Notes under the pieces: generated by a model
What the model saw: only the letters and a program-made list of their open reading frames with translations
The model's database searches: none
Told to the model about the DNA's origin: nothing
Shown here: positions 37,090 to 47,445 of the stretch, piece by piece
Numbering within the stretch: the first letter of the stretch is position 1
Layout of the letters: each line of letters opens with the position of its first letter
Translations under genes and position numbers: made by a program
Assembly: GCA_964636085.1 (NCBI GenBank)
Contig: CAZWPQ010000001.1
Location: forward strand, 73,427-137,426
Reading direction: 5' to 3'
DNA length: 64,000 nucleotides
Source: an uncultured Nitrososphaerota archaeon
GTDB taxonomy: Archaea; Asgardarchaeota; Njordarchaeia; Njordarchaeales; Panguiarchaeaceae

Positions 37090-37391
37090 AAATAAGGTTC
37101 CCGAATAAAACCATAGCGACTATTGTGTACAGAGCACTTGTTCCTGAAACCAAGAACCCTCCAACCTATAGATCAAAAATCATTCTTTATGTTGATAATT
37201 GTTCCTTAAAAATAGATATTTTATCAAAAGATTTGATATCCCTTCGTGCATCCTTAAATAGTTACCTAATGTGGATCTCAGCAATAATAGGTGGCTTGGA
37301 GGCTATAAAAAATGAGCTCCGAGGATTTAAAGAAAGCTCAAAACCTACAGCAGCAGATATTGGTTCTCGAGGAGCATCTAAGACTTTATAA
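37014..37391 (+). CDS. pcc1: KEOPS subunit Pcc1 (start uncertain)
   Basis: A.IVYRAL.PE......RSKI, I.SKDLISLRASLNSYL.W. Confidence 0.88.
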   Translation: MGKTGHNTEHVHKKNISPEVFHGKIEIRFPNKTIATIVYRALVPETKNPPTYRSKIILYVDNCSLKIDILSKDLISLRASLNSYLMWISAIIGGLEAIKNELRGFKESSKPTAADIGSRGASKTL

Positions 37392-37653
37392 GCAAAGATT
37401 AATTGAAGTCGAGACGGCGCTCCGGGCCATTAAACAGGCAAAAGAGAGAGGAGAACAATACGCCTACCAGTTTTTAGGAGCAAATGTAATGATCAAACGT
37501 AATATCGATGAGATAGTATCTGAGTTAGATGAAGAACACAAACTTCTTAAGGAAAGAGTTAAGGCCCTTGAATCACAGGCCAGGGAACTTAGACGCCAAT
37601 TTATCGAGTTAACCAAGAAATTCGAGACTCCCAGTCAAGCGCAGGGAGCATGA
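37312..37653 (+). CDS. pfdB: prefoldin beta subunit
   Basis: Coiled coil - beta hairpin (AYQFLGANVMIK) - coiled coil; pcc1 context. Confidence 0.85.
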   Translation: MSSEDLKKAQNLQQQILVLEEHLRLYKQRLIEVETALRAIKQAKERGEQYAYQFLGANVMIKRNIDEIVSELDEEHKLLKERVKALESQARELRRQFIELTKKFETPSQAQGA

Positions 37654-37665
37654 GTAGAATTACAT

Positions 37666-38013
37666 ATGACTGTTTACAGGTTTAGAAAAAAAATTCTACT
37701 TGAGAAAGGTATTGACAAAATTCCATCCGATATACTCGCGGATATAGTTGATCGGGCCGAAGAGAACGCATATAAAAAACTTATAGAGGAGGTATCTAGA
37801 CATTATATTGGCTTTATAGTTGATTCATCCCTAGTATCGATAAAAAAAGAGGGCAAAATCATTGGAATTGTCGTGGATTTATATTTAGATTTAGATATTT
37901 CCCCTCTATCCGAAAAAGTTGCTTACCAAGATAAGATAGCTGAGGAAATAGCCAATGCGTACTTTGAGGCAATACGAGAAGGAATTGACAAGTTTTTTAA
38001 ACAGGCTTCTTGA
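37666..38013 (+). CDS. DUF3194-like protein
   Basis: Size, pattern and position after pfdB. Confidence 0.55.
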   Translation: MTVYRFRKKILLEKGIDKIPSDILADIVDRAEENAYKKLIEEVSRHYIGFIVDSSLVSIKKEGKIIGIVVDLYLDLDISPLSEKVAYQDKIAEEIANAYFEAIREGIDKFFKQAS

Positions 38014-39001
38014 TATCGATATAGAAGCGTATGTACTAGTACCTCACGAACATGCCGATATTGATGCTATAGCATCTCTTAGACTTTTTAGCGAGGTTCT
38101 TGGTAAGATCAGAAGTTCCGCTAATATACACACGCTTCTGCCTGGGGTTTCCTCCTCCGCGAGAAAACTCCTGAACGGCCTAGGTATCGAGATCCCAGAA
38201 TTCCATACCGTTAAACCTGATGTGAACTATGTTTCTGTACTACTAGATATCTCAGACCCGTATAGGTTCATCTCTCCCAATATCAGAGATATAGTCATGA
38301 GCTCACATAGCATTTTTGCGATAGATCATCATAAAACTGGGGCTCCAAGAGGGGTATATGTGCTATATCTGCCATTTTCCTCAACTACCGAGATAATATT
38401 GTATATTGCAGATCACCTCGGTGTTCTAGATGACATAATATCAAATGAAAAAATGTCGACACTAGCAGCCGCGGGAATTATAAGTGACACCGCCTTCTTC
38501 TCTACGACCAGCATAGCCACATTTTATTACATGGATAAGCTCTATACCCACATCAATTACGAACAAATAGCAGAGCTCTTTAGAAGGCAGCGAACAAGAG
38601 AACTCTCCGAAAGAATGGCCATAATAAAGGCATTGCAGAGAACTATGGTACGGAAAGTTGACGACAAAATCATAGTCGTCACGCATGTTGGCAGTTATGA
38701 ATCAATAGTGGCAAATACTATACTGCAACTCGGAGCCGATATTGTTTTTGTTATATCAAAAAAGAAGGAGCGAGGAAAACACTTCTATAGAGTAATAGCC
38801 AGATCTAGAAGAGGTAAGCTGACCGATATATTGTCCAGAATATGTAATAGACTTGGGGGAACATATGGGGCCATTGCAGATAAAGTTGGTGGCATGCAAT
38901 TGAGTGCAAAAATAAAGCTAGACAAACTTAAGAAAATCATCATGGAAGAGATTCTTAGCTATACGTATCCTAGAAACCACACATTAACCATCCAAGACTA
39001 G
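37955..39001 (+). CDS. DHH family phosphoesterase
   Basis: HEHADIDAIAS, LLD, IDHH, SSTTE, GIISDT, VGSYE. Confidence 0.9.
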   Translation: MRTLRQYEKELTSFLNRLLDIDIEAYVLVPHEHADIDAIASLRLFSEVLGKIRSSANIHTLLPGVSSSARKLLNGLGIEIPEFHTVKPDVNYVSVLLDISDPYRFISPNIRDIVMSSHSIFAIDHHKTGAPRGVYVLYLPFSSTTEIILYIADHLGVLDDIISNEKMSTLAAAGIISDTAFFSTTSIATFYYMDKLYTHINYEQIAELFRRQRTRELSERMAIIKALQRTMVRKVDDKIIVVTHVGSYESIVANTILQLGADIVFVISKKKERGKHFYRVIARSRRGKLTDILSRICNRLGGTYGAIADKVGGMQLSAKIKLDKLKKIIMEEILSYTYPRNHTLTIQD

Positions 39002-40087
39002 TGGAAATAGATCTGCTATTTTTCTTTTTATCTTTTCTTGGGTCTCTTTATCGACAACCACGATGTCTCCTGCAAACAAATCTCCGTACTCCTTATTTAT
39101 ATTTTCTACTATTCTATCGAGGATTTCTCTAAGTAAGAATGATGATCTCTCCACAAATAAATAACCGACGACCTTTCCTACTTTAGAAACCATTATGATA
39201 TAATCCCCAATCGAGATCGAATTTAGAGGAATTTCTTTGCCAGTTATTTCTTTTATTATTGATGATACACCAGTCAATGCTGAGCTTACGAATGCTGGAT
39301 CTATCTCCCTGTCACGCTCCATTACGAAATTAACATCCACAAGTGGGATGCCCAATTCCGTTGCAATAATCAGCTTTTTGGGTCTCGAAATATTTACAAG
39401 CAATAAATGCGGATATTTAACTAGCATTATCCCCGACAAAAATATACTTGTACTTAGACCCAAGAGCCAGCTATCTTGCAACATATACTCAAGAGGGGGA
39501 CCTATTATTTGGGCCCCAAGTGAAACAATGCCCATTATTATTAGAAATATAAAACCAGCCACGTACATAGCTAAAAACTTTCTTAGTTCTTTAACCCTAA
39601 GACCCCACATTGATCTTATGAAGTGTCGGATGATTAAATATGCAAATAATAATAGACCCAGAATCTCTACAAATATGTTTATCATCATCTCAAACCTATG
39701 CTGTTCAAATAGCTCTCCTATAGCCGCCATGGAAATTATTGCTACTACAGCTATCGAAGAAACGGTAAAACCCTCATAGTCCATGAAATGTATTGATAAC
39801 GACCAAGCTAAAAGTGAGGCCAGGAGAAACTCTGTGAATAGCATATCGTTGAGATTTATACTGTGCCCTAAAACGTCAATAAGCATAATCACCTCAAGCC
39901 GATCCATGATATTAAGGATCACAGACACCAATAATAAAATAAGACTAACAAGGAATAGCGATACTGACTTGTACTTGTATCTTATAAATGTCCAATATGC
40001 GAGAAAAATAACCACAATCAATTCCACGATGACTACTAGATTTACCCACACAGCAACACTTACCAACATAAAACACCAAATCATCAA
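38984..40087 (-). CDS. 7TM membrane protein with C-terminal longin/roadblock-like domain
   Basis: About 7 hydrophobic helices then 'LIIATELGIPL...DPAFVSSALTGVSSIIKEITG...LNSISIGDYIIMV'. Confidence 0.75.
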   Translation of the reverse strand: MMIWCFMLVSVAVWVNLVVIVELIVVIFLAYWTFIRYKYKSVSLFLVSLILLLVSVILNIMDRLEVIMLIDVLGHSINLNDMLFTEFLLASLLAWSLSIHFMDYEGFTVSSIAVVAIISMAAIGELFEQHRFEMMINIFVEILGLLLFAYLIIRHFIRSMWGLRVKELRKFLAMYVAGFIFLIIMGIVSLGAQIIGPPLEYMLQDSWLLGLSTSIFLSGIMLVKYPHLLLVNISRPKKLIIATELGIPLVDVNFVMERDREIDPAFVSSALTGVSSIIKEITGKEIPLNSISIGDYIIMVSKVGKVVGYLFVERSSFLLREILDRIVENINKEYGDLFAGDIVVVDKETQEKIKRKIADLFPLVLDG

Positions 40088-40225
40088 TTCTCTATTTCTC
40101 GGGACAAAATAGCAGATGACAAATCACATCCGCTACCCTACCAATCACAGATTATAAAGAATTTTAAAATTAGCCACAAGACTAGGGCCTATACCAACCT
40201 AGAATGCAAATTTTTACTTGTGTTT

Positions 40226-40334
40226 TGGTGGGCCGGGGCGGACTCGAACCGCCGACCTTACGGTATCTAACCTTTAACCACACACAAGCCACGCATACCT
40301 TCAGCCGTACGCTCTCCCTCTGAGCTACCGGCCC
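40226..40334 (-). tRNA. tRNA-Phe(GAA) with 34-nt intron at 37/38, CCA encoded
   Basis: GGGCCGG/CCGGCCC-ACCA; TACGG-CTGAAG[intron]A-CCGTA; CTGA/TTAG central helix. Confidence 0.9.
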
Positions 40335-40468
40335 GGCTTGAAGTTGAACACCATATTGATAATAATCACATGTACACTTTTATAAATTTTTCTTTTTAAG
40401 GGCCCCCTAATTTTTGAGGTATAGAGCTAATTTGTTCGATCTTTCCATATCTTTGCACCATTCCCTTT

Positions 40469-41632
40469 TTATGATTGATGACAAATGTTTGTTATCGTTT
40501 CTGCTAGCTTATCTATGCCTATCGTTGCTTTTGCTGAGCATAGTATTATTTTTGGTTCTTCTTTAAAGTACTCACCTATTATCTTGCGGATCTTACTTAT
40601 TTTAGGTTCTTGTGGCTCCTTTAGCGCATCTATCTTATTTGCAGCTATTATCTTTACTCTTTCTATTGCGACATTTCTCTTTAGGATTTTTGCGGTTGCC
40701 CTTATCTTCAACTCTAATAGACGTGGGTTATCCGCTATGTCTATCACCCATACCAACATATCTGCCTCCATAATATCCTCTAGGTTTAGTCTGAATGATG
40801 ATATTATTTTCGGATCAAGTCCCGATACGAATCCTATTGTATCTACCATTAATATTTTTTCTGCGCCCTTTAACCTCGAGTATTTTGGGGATAGCGTCGT
40901 AAATGGTAGTGACGATACGGGCTTTTGCTCCCCTGTTAATGCATTGAACAGACTGGTTTTCCCAGCATTATAATATCCAACAAACGTCACTATCTTAAAC
41001 CCTAAACTCTTCCTTTTGTTTATCTCCATTATCTTTTTGTTTAATAGTTTCTCTATTTCCTCTCGAAGTTTTTTTCTTCTTTTCCTTAGCCATGCGACCT
41101 TTGGTACCCAGCCATATTCTCCTCCTGCTCTAAAGAAGGGCTTATCGGAAGGACCATGTATTAATTTTTCCCTCAATTTAAAATATGGAATTAGCTTCTC
41201 GAGATACGCCATCTCTATCTGCAATTTTGCTAGCCTATCACCCGCATTCCTCTGAAAAATTTCTAGGACCAATTCATACCTATCAATTACTCTAAGCCCC
41301 GTGTATCGTTCAAGGTTGAACTTCTGGATACTCTTAAGGGTATTCCAAATTATTAGTGTATCCGCCGCATTTTCCTCCGCCCGTATCTTAATCTCACTAA
41401 CTTTTCCCTTTCCAAATAGGGTTGCGGATATGGGCCTAGGTTTTATCTGAATAACCTCATCTACAATCCTATACCCAGCAGCACTTGCCAACTCTTTTAG
41501 CTCTTCTAATCTTACCTTCCACCCCACAAACTTTGGGGTTCTCAACATACCTATTATGGCATTATTATGCACCATTACCACCACAAAAGTAACCAAAACA
41601 TTATTATAGTCCATCACCATAGATAGAAACAC
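40469..41632 (-). CDS. hflX: GTPase HflX
   Basis: FGKGKV.EI, VIDR..LVLEIF, AKLQIEMA, GYYNAGKTSLFNALT, FTTL, DTIGF, NKID. Confidence 0.95.
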   Translation of the reverse strand: MFLSMVMDYNNVLVTFVVVMVHNNAIIGMLRTPKFVGWKVRLEELKELASAAGYRIVDEVIQIKPRPISATLFGKGKVSEIKIRAEENAADTLIIWNTLKSIQKFNLERYTGLRVIDRYELVLEIFQRNAGDRLAKLQIEMAYLEKLIPYFKLREKLIHGPSDKPFFRAGGEYGWVPKVAWLRKRRKKLREEIEKLLNKKIMEINKRKSLGFKIVTFVGYYNAGKTSLFNALTGEQKPVSSLPFTTLSPKYSRLKGAEKILMVDTIGFVSGLDPKIISSFRLNLEDIMEADMLVWVIDIADNPRLLELKIRATAKILKRNVAIERVKIIAANKIDALKEPQEPKISKIRKIIGEYFKEEPKIILCSAKATIGIDKLAETITNICHQS

Positions 41633-41771
41633 CGATTAGAAAAAGCTATAAAATACCGCACAAAATGATATCCATAATCCATAAACTGCATAATGACTCA
41701 ACAATAATAGAGCTTACGCAGAATTGTCTATGGGAACCACAGAGAAAACATCCCTTTTGAAGTATAGAGAA

Positions 41772-41899
41772 TGGAGGCGGGGGCGGGATTTGAACCCGCG
41801 ACACGGGGATTTTTGAGCCACTATCAAGTATACACGTACTACTATAGGTGCCTGCAATCCCCCGCGTTGGCCAGACTATAGCCGCTACGCCACCCCGCC
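41772..41899 (-). tRNA. tRNA-Cys(GCA) with two introns (11 nt at 22/23; 41 nt at 37/38), CCA encoded
   Basis: GGCGGGG/CCCCGCC-U73-CCA; GGGGA-TTGCAG[41 nt]A-TCCCC; removing D-arm insert AGTCTGGCCAA restores a 76-nt cloverleaf. Confidence 0.85.
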
Positions 41900-42013
41900 C
41901 TGCGGTTCTATGAGGGTCCTATCTATAATTAGAAGATTTTGTCTCTTTAAAAATTTTACTTTGAGTGAAGTGTTTGATTATAGAATCGACAGATAATTCA
42001 GTAATCTTGTTTT

Positions 42014-42688
42014 TCATAATAATAGCGATTCGCACGTACATATGATTCTACATAGAACATATGATGTTGTTAAGGGTTTGTCGCTTATGCTTATCATGTC
42101 GTCAATAATTTCTTCTACATCATCCGAGAAATAGCCTGATGGAAAGGCCCCAACCACGAAAGCTATCCTTTTGTACTGTTTTAGTTTTACCCTTAGGTAA
42201 TCCTCGAGTTTTTCCCGTCTTCCTCTTCTTGATAGACCAATAACATATTTTACGTTATTCTTTTCTAGGACTTCCCTCAGGTTAGAGCATTTTGCAATTA
42301 ATTTCTTACCGCTCGCAAATATGGCCCCCTCCACTAATAGTTTCTCCATCAATCCTAGGAATCTAAAGTAGTGTCTTGGGAGCCTAGTATCTGGGTGGAT
42401 GGAATAGACATTTCCTCTCTTCGTATGAACAACAATATCACTTATTATTCCTCTCGCGCACAGGCTTGAATCCAGTATTAGAAGAAGGGCCCTATGGAGT
42501 ATATCGACTCTGCCCCTGTCTCTTAGTTCTTCATCATTTTTTATGGCCGAAAAAATCAACGTCTGGTCTAGCATTAATTCCCAAGGTTTCCTACCCCTTA
42601 CCCTGCACCATTTTTTAACAGATGGATGTTTCCAGAGTCTTCTAGGTATTAGTTCTAGATGCGCATCTGCCAATATAAACACTAGCAT
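42014..42688 (-). CDS. nep1: 16S rRNA pseudouridine N1-methyltransferase Nep1/Emg1
   Basis: LADAHLELIP, RGRVDILHRALL..LDS, RLPRHYFRFLGLMEKLL, VGAFPSG. Confidence 0.93.
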   Translation of the reverse strand: MLVFILADAHLELIPRRLWKHPSVKKWCRVRGRKPWELMLDQTLIFSAIKNDEELRDRGRVDILHRALLLILDSSLCARGIISDIVVHTKRGNVYSIHPDTRLPRHYFRFLGLMEKLLVEGAIFASGKKLIAKCSNLREVLEKNNVKYVIGLSRRGRREKLEDYLRVKLKQYKRIAFVVGAFPSGYFSDDVEEIIDDMISISDKPLTTSYVLCRIICTCESLLL

Positions 42689-42741
42689 TGTTTATCCCAA
42701 ACAATTTTATAATTTCTACTATTGTTTTTGGGTGAAATAGA

Positions 42742-43533
42742 ATGAGCATAATCCGCGTAGGAGCCATACAATTTAGACCTATTTTGGGGGATCTAGAAAA
42801 AAATCGAAAAAAAATCGGGCAATTATTGGAAAAGGCATATGAACAGGAGATAGATATCGTTGTTCTACCCGAACTATCAAATTCTGGATACAATTTCGCT
42901 AGTCGCGACGATGCGCTTAACACTAGTGAACCTATACCAGATGGTGAAACAACAAAGCTATGCGAAAAACTCGCCATGGAATACCACATGCATATAGTTG
43001 TAGGGATAAATGAGAAGGAGGGAAATTCACTATATAACTCTGCGGTTCTAGTTGGACCTAATGGATATATAGGCAAATACAGAAAAGTCCATCTGTTCAT
43101 GAGGGAGAAAGAAATTTTCAAAAGAGGGGACAAGTTTTATGTATATGACACCCCAAAAGCCAAGATCGGCATAATGATATGTTTTGACTGGATATTTCCC
43201 GAGGCAGCTAGAAGTTTAATGCTACAAGGAGCAGAATTGATAGCACATCCAGTTAATCTCGTCTTACCCTATTGGCAGAATGTTTGCCCCCTCAGGGCCT
43301 TGGAGAATAGAATATACATAGTGTCGGCCAATAGGATAGGAATAGAGGGAGATTTATCATTCACAGGACAATCCATTATTGTAAATCCAAGAGGCGAAAT
43401 CATTGCCAGAGCCAGCAGAACCCACGAGGAGATAATCTATGCCGACATAGACCTCAATCTAGCTAGAAACAAAAATATAACCCCAATGAACAATTTAGTG
43501 AAAGATCGCATTCCTAGTTCCTATTTCCTCTAG
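42742..43533 (+). CDS. carbon-nitrogen hydrolase (nitrilase family)
   Basis: LPEL, YRKVHL, ICFDWIFPEAAR (E-K-C triad). Confidence 0.95.
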   Translation: MSIIRVGAIQFRPILGDLEKNRKKIGQLLEKAYEQEIDIVVLPELSNSGYNFASRDDALNTSEPIPDGETTKLCEKLAMEYHMHIVVGINEKEGNSLYNSAVLVGPNGYIGKYRKVHLFMREKEIFKRGDKFYVYDTPKAKIGIMICFDWIFPEAARSLMLQGAELIAHPVNLVLPYWQNVCPLRALENRIYIVSANRIGIEGDLSFTGQSIIVNPRGEIIARASRTHEEIIYADIDLNLARNKNITPMNNLVKDRIPSSYFL

Positions 43534-43534
43534 T

Positions 43535-45376
43535 TCAATCTCTTTTTGTTATTTTATGTCTCAGTAGAGCCCACGGTATGAGTATTTTCATGGGAATACT
43601 AGAGTTGCTCCTAGAATATATAACGGCACACCTAGTTGGCAGGTTCATAAGCACAGTTTTATCTACAGGTAATTCCATGAATTTTTTGAGGGTTTTTATT
43701 TGGAGAGGTGTCAGGCCAAATAATGTGTATGTATTAACAGTTTTTAGTATCCTAGGATTCAAATCTTCTGGACTTTGAGTCGAGAATTCTATCCTTAGCC
43801 TGAATTTTCTGCCTTCCCTAGCAATTCTTTCAACCCATGAAACTGTCCTCATGACCCATTCTTTTTCGTTAGCATCGTATACAAATCTAGGAAAATAATT
43901 ATGTGCCTCGTCGATTAGCAGCATTACTGGAGGAAATAATTCATTGTAGTCTCTAAGCTTTGTCATTGCTATCTTACTAATGATATGCATTACTACGATT
44001 CTCCTAGCAACAATTGACGGAACCATATCAACTCTTATAATGTTAACAGTCCTAGACCGTAGCATATACTTAATATCAATATCTGAAACTCCCCCAGCAT
44101 CAAAAATTCCCTCCTCCAATACCGCGGCAATCCTACGCAATATTGCTTCTCTCGTAGCCTCACTAATCATATCCTTTGGAAAGCTCGCATTGTCGAGCCA
44201 CCTGTAAAACTTGTCCAATGTATTGTTTCTTTCCCTATACACACTCCTAAATCTTCTAACTAGTTTCGGCAAGACATAATACCCTTGGGGAGACAATGCT
44301 GGGAGATAATACTGAAGAAAACTAGGACCAATATCGGAAAAACGTATAGTAAAATGCATCGTTTTTACTTTGCCATGGAAATCATCCACCTCGACTTCCT
44401 GCTCAAGTTTTGGAATCCATACAATAATATCCTCTATACTCTTAGGCATTATCCCAAGATCCCTCCATATTTTTATATCAAAATCGCTGGGTTTTGTTTC
44501 ATCATCCTCTTTTATGGGATCCTCACAAATCATTGAATACTCATTGTGTGTGTCTATAACAACAACCGCTCCCTCCACATACTCAACAAAGTTATATATA
44601 TCGTTCTTACACTTCGCCGTTTTGCCTTTACCTGTAGTGCCAGTTACTAACTCATGCTCAAAGAGAAGAGATTTTCTCATTCTATACGGAATACATTTCC
44701 CCGTTCGGGGATCGACTATAACTTCGTCACCAAATATCAGGGCGCCATATACGGGGCCATCTGAAGGCAATCCATAGATTATATTAATTATTTCCTGCGA
44801 GGGTATATACGCAGGGGCCCTTATGTGGGGAGCGAAATTCACATCGCCCCTAGTTACGATATTACCTCCATTTCTTTTCAATGTACAGATTGGACTCAAC
44901 CCCACCAAGGGCACTAGTTCAAGGAATTCTGTGTCTCCACTCTCTATCATCTGGGATGTTAGTATATTTCTTGCATCGGATACATCTCTATCCACAAGCT
45001 CATGCCACGCTACATCATACCCCATCATCCTGATTATGCCTGCTATGTATTCACCATGTATGTAGTCAAATATGATTAACGGGAAGCCTAGTCTTATTCT
45101 CGATGACCACTCTGAGAAAAGCCTTATCCACAATAACTTCGAGGCTACCGACCCCCCAACATGGACTGTAAGTCTTTTAGGTATTACTAGATACCCTACC
45201 TCTACACAGCCACTGAGCCAAGGATCCTGTATCTCATCACCTACTTTCTTTTTAAGACAAGGACGTGTAGATAATCGAAAAATCGCCTCGCCAAGTATCT
45301 CTGGTTCCTCTCTACTCACAATTTTTTCTTTTCTCGATATTACGAGGTACTTATCTAAACTCAAGCTTGACCCCAC
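43535..45376 (-). CDS. herA: HerA-family ATPase/helicase
   Basis: HELVTGTTGKGKT, IDTHNEY, LIDEAHNYFP, REGRKF, TQSP; overlaps nurA. Confidence 0.85.
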   Translation of the reverse strand: MGSSLSLDKYLVISRKEKIVSREEPEILGEAIFRLSTRPCLKKKVGDEIQDPWLSGCVEVGYLVIPKRLTVHVGGSVASKLLWIRLFSEWSSRIRLGFPLIIFDYIHGEYIAGIIRMMGYDVAWHELVDRDVSDARNILTSQMIESGDTEFLELVPLVGLSPICTLKRNGGNIVTRGDVNFAPHIRAPAYIPSQEIINIIYGLPSDGPVYGALIFGDEVIVDPRTGKCIPYRMRKSLLFEHELVTGTTGKGKTAKCKNDIYNFVEYVEGAVVVIDTHNEYSMICEDPIKEDDETKPSDFDIKIWRDLGIMPKSIEDIIVWIPKLEQEVEVDDFHGKVKTMHFTIRFSDIGPSFLQYYLPALSPQGYYVLPKLVRRFRSVYRERNNTLDKFYRWLDNASFPKDMISEATREAILRRIAAVLEEGIFDAGGVSDIDIKYMLRSRTVNIIRVDMVPSIVARRIVVMHIISKIAMTKLRDYNELFPPVMLLIDEAHNYFPRFVYDANEKEWVMRTVSWVERIAREGRKFRLRIEFSTQSPEDLNPRILKTVNTYTLFGLTPLQIKTLKKFMELPVDKTVLMNLPTRCAVIYSRSNSSIPMKILIPWALLRHKITKRD

Positions 45377-46461
45377 CTATATAGATACCTTCCCCACCTT
45401 AGTTGATTGTACATAAGGATGTCGGCTATGCCACATTTTTTGAATGCTGATAATACCCTAAACGCAATATATCTCTTCTCCTCATCACAAAACCGTGCAA
45501 TCTTGTCGGCACGACCAATCACATAACTGAAACCATTCCCAAGCTGCAGATCAGCTGATATTATCTCCAATACTTGATCCTTTCCATATTCCTCCAGAAC
45601 GCAATAGGGAAATTCATACCTAAAAACTACCCTTCCCTTTGTCTTCACATAGAAGAAAACAGGCTTCATATAATAAGGCACGCCATTAACTAGCTTATTG
45701 TCATATAGAAACATGATGGTTCGTGTATTAGGAGGGAGATACATTGATAATAAATCGGCGTCTGTCAACGCCTCCACATTTGTTATTCCTGATAGCCAAG
45801 TTGAGAAGGGATTTTTCACGATTTTGATGCAGATTATTGCCCTATCTACAAGAGATTTGATCGCGGAATAAAACTTTTTAAAATACCTCCTAGAAATTAT
45901 TGGACCATCCCAGAATACGACATCTAACACACTCCCATATTCTTCGGCCAATTCTCTAATAGTAACCGTCTCTAGAGACATAAGAATATCCCTCACTTTC
46001 CTTCTAACTTGCTCTGGTACTCCTCCTCGCCGCCGAATAATCGACACGGAAAACCTCCAGACATCTTTTGCACCAAATGTTTCATTATTTCTCATGCTGA
46101 GACCGAAGACAGCAGTCCTCGCAATTATGACCCTGAAGGGATGTAGCCTTAATGAGAAAGCTCCCCCATCAACACCCACAACATTTTTCCCTTTAAATAT
46201 GGTCAACGGATTTATCTCTGGCATTCCCTTTATGATCCCATCCTCTAAAGGTATTATGCCACTATCCTCACTCCGATCAACTATTTTTAATAGTATATCA
46301 TCTCCAAGTTTTCTACTTAGGTATTTTGATAAAACCTCCTTAATAGCCGATTCTATAGCATCCATAATCGCCAGACTTGGTATATACTCACTTTCTAAAC
46401 GGTGCTTAACGCTAAGCATTGGATGACATAATTTATCCAACTTTAAAGCACGTGCGGGCAA
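45361..46461 (-). CDS. nurA: NurA-family nuclease
   Basis: VVGVDGG, LE, VFWDGPI, IVK, D..L, GFSYVI..AD..AR. Confidence 0.85.
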   Translation of the reverse strand: MPARALKLDKLCHPMLSVKHRLESEYIPSLAIMDAIESAIKEVLSKYLSRKLGDDILLKIVDRSEDSGIIPLEDGIIKGMPEINPLTIFKGKNVVGVDGGAFSLRLHPFRVIIARTAVFGLSMRNNETFGAKDVWRFSVSIIRRRGGVPEQVRRKVRDILMSLETVTIRELAEEYGSVLDVVFWDGPIISRRYFKKFYSAIKSLVDRAIICIKIVKNPFSTWLSGITNVEALTDADLLSMYLPPNTRTIMFLYDNKLVNGVPYYMKPVFFYVKTKGRVVFRYEFPYCVLEEYGKDQVLEIISADLQLGNGFSYVIGRADKIARFCDEEKRYIAFRVLSAFKKCGIADILMYNQLRWGRYLYRWGQA

Positions 46462-46483
46462 ATTTCATCACTCCTACGATAGC

Positions 46484-46563
46484 ATTGTAATATTTATGTA
46501 TATGCTACGTATTACAATTTATATTCAAAACAGTATTTAAATAGTAATATTTTGTATTACAAT
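46484..46563. promoter_or_regulatory. repeated GTAATA/TATTAC inverted elements upstream of nurA-herA
   Basis: ATTGTAATA-N17-TATTACAAT (46484-46518) and GTAATA-N5-TATTAC (46544-46560); GTATTACAAT occurs twice. Confidence 0.45.
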
Positions 46564-46639
46564 CAACTACGAAAAAGAAGTGCAGATTACATAGAGTCCA
46601 TTTTAATTCTAGTGTCAGTAGTATTTTTGTCTTTGGTAT

Positions 46640-47422
46640 TTAGCCTACAGAATTTTGCTTAATCATTTTTTTGAGCCTTCTAGGCATAAATACTAATGTT
46701 TTTTCTATTCCTTGTTCTTGTAGGATTTTTTGTACCTCGTCTGCATACACGCCGTATCTGCAAATTATCGAATGTTCTAAAAAGCCTAGTCTTTCAATCT
46801 TTATGATTTTTCTGAAGAGTTTTCTCATTCTAACTATCTTGTCTAGGTTAGATCTTAGCTCCCCGTATACTATGACTCTATCTAGCCTGTCTCGAAACCA
46901 CCTTTTGAAGAGGAAAATTGTTCTTCTTCCTGCTTTTCCGATTATTCCTTTTTCCTGGTTCTCTTTTCTAATCGATACGACCTTTACCACAAGGGGAAAA
47001 TATTTGTCTATCCCCATGAGTCTTATTATCCTAGCAGGGTTTGGTAGACTTGATGCCTCAATTATTTTTCTGATAAAACTACTCGTGGGTATCTTTATTC
47101 GGATATTTTTTTCTTGCCCTATATCTATACCCATAAATTCGTTGTTAACATAATCCACACGACCACTATATTCATGATCCACCATTATTTCATTGGTATC
47201 CAGTCTTCTACCAAATATCTTTTCCAGATACCTATAAGCTATTTCTTTCTCTTCCCCCTGTATCTTAACTAATGCGAATCTTTCTCCTATCTCCAATACC
47301 TCAATGCGGTCTATTTTTAGATCCGCCAGTAATCTCCTTATCAAGTATCGGAGAGATTTTTTTGCATTTTCTATTGGAATGCTTCTATAAACAGGACAGA
47401 GTATCTCTATGGCCATAAACAA
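46640..47422 (-). CDS. DUF2110 family protein
   Basis: GEE.EIA..YL...FG, DRVIV, IERLGFLEHSIICR. Confidence 0.75.
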   Translation of the reverse strand: MFMAIEILCPVYRSIPIENAKKSLRYLIRRLLADLKIDRIEVLEIGERFALVKIQGEEKEIAYRYLEKIFGRRLDTNEIMVDHEYSGRVDYVNNEFMGIDIGQEKNIRIKIPTSSFIRKIIEASSLPNPARIIRLMGIDKYFPLVVKVVSIRKENQEKGIIGKAGRRTIFLFKRWFRDRLDRVIVYGELRSNLDKIVRMRKLFRKIIKIERLGFLEHSIICRYGVYADEVQKILQEQGIEKTLVFMPRRLKKMIKQNSVG

Positions 47423-47445
47423 CTACATCCGTTCAGAAGAACGTA

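Noticed and set aside
40088-40225. Possible C/D or H/ACA sRNA in intergenic gaps (also 41640-41770, 57540-57725)
   Set aside because: No convincing RUGAUGA/CUGA box pair or stable hairpin seen by eye; needs an Infernal/snoscan search
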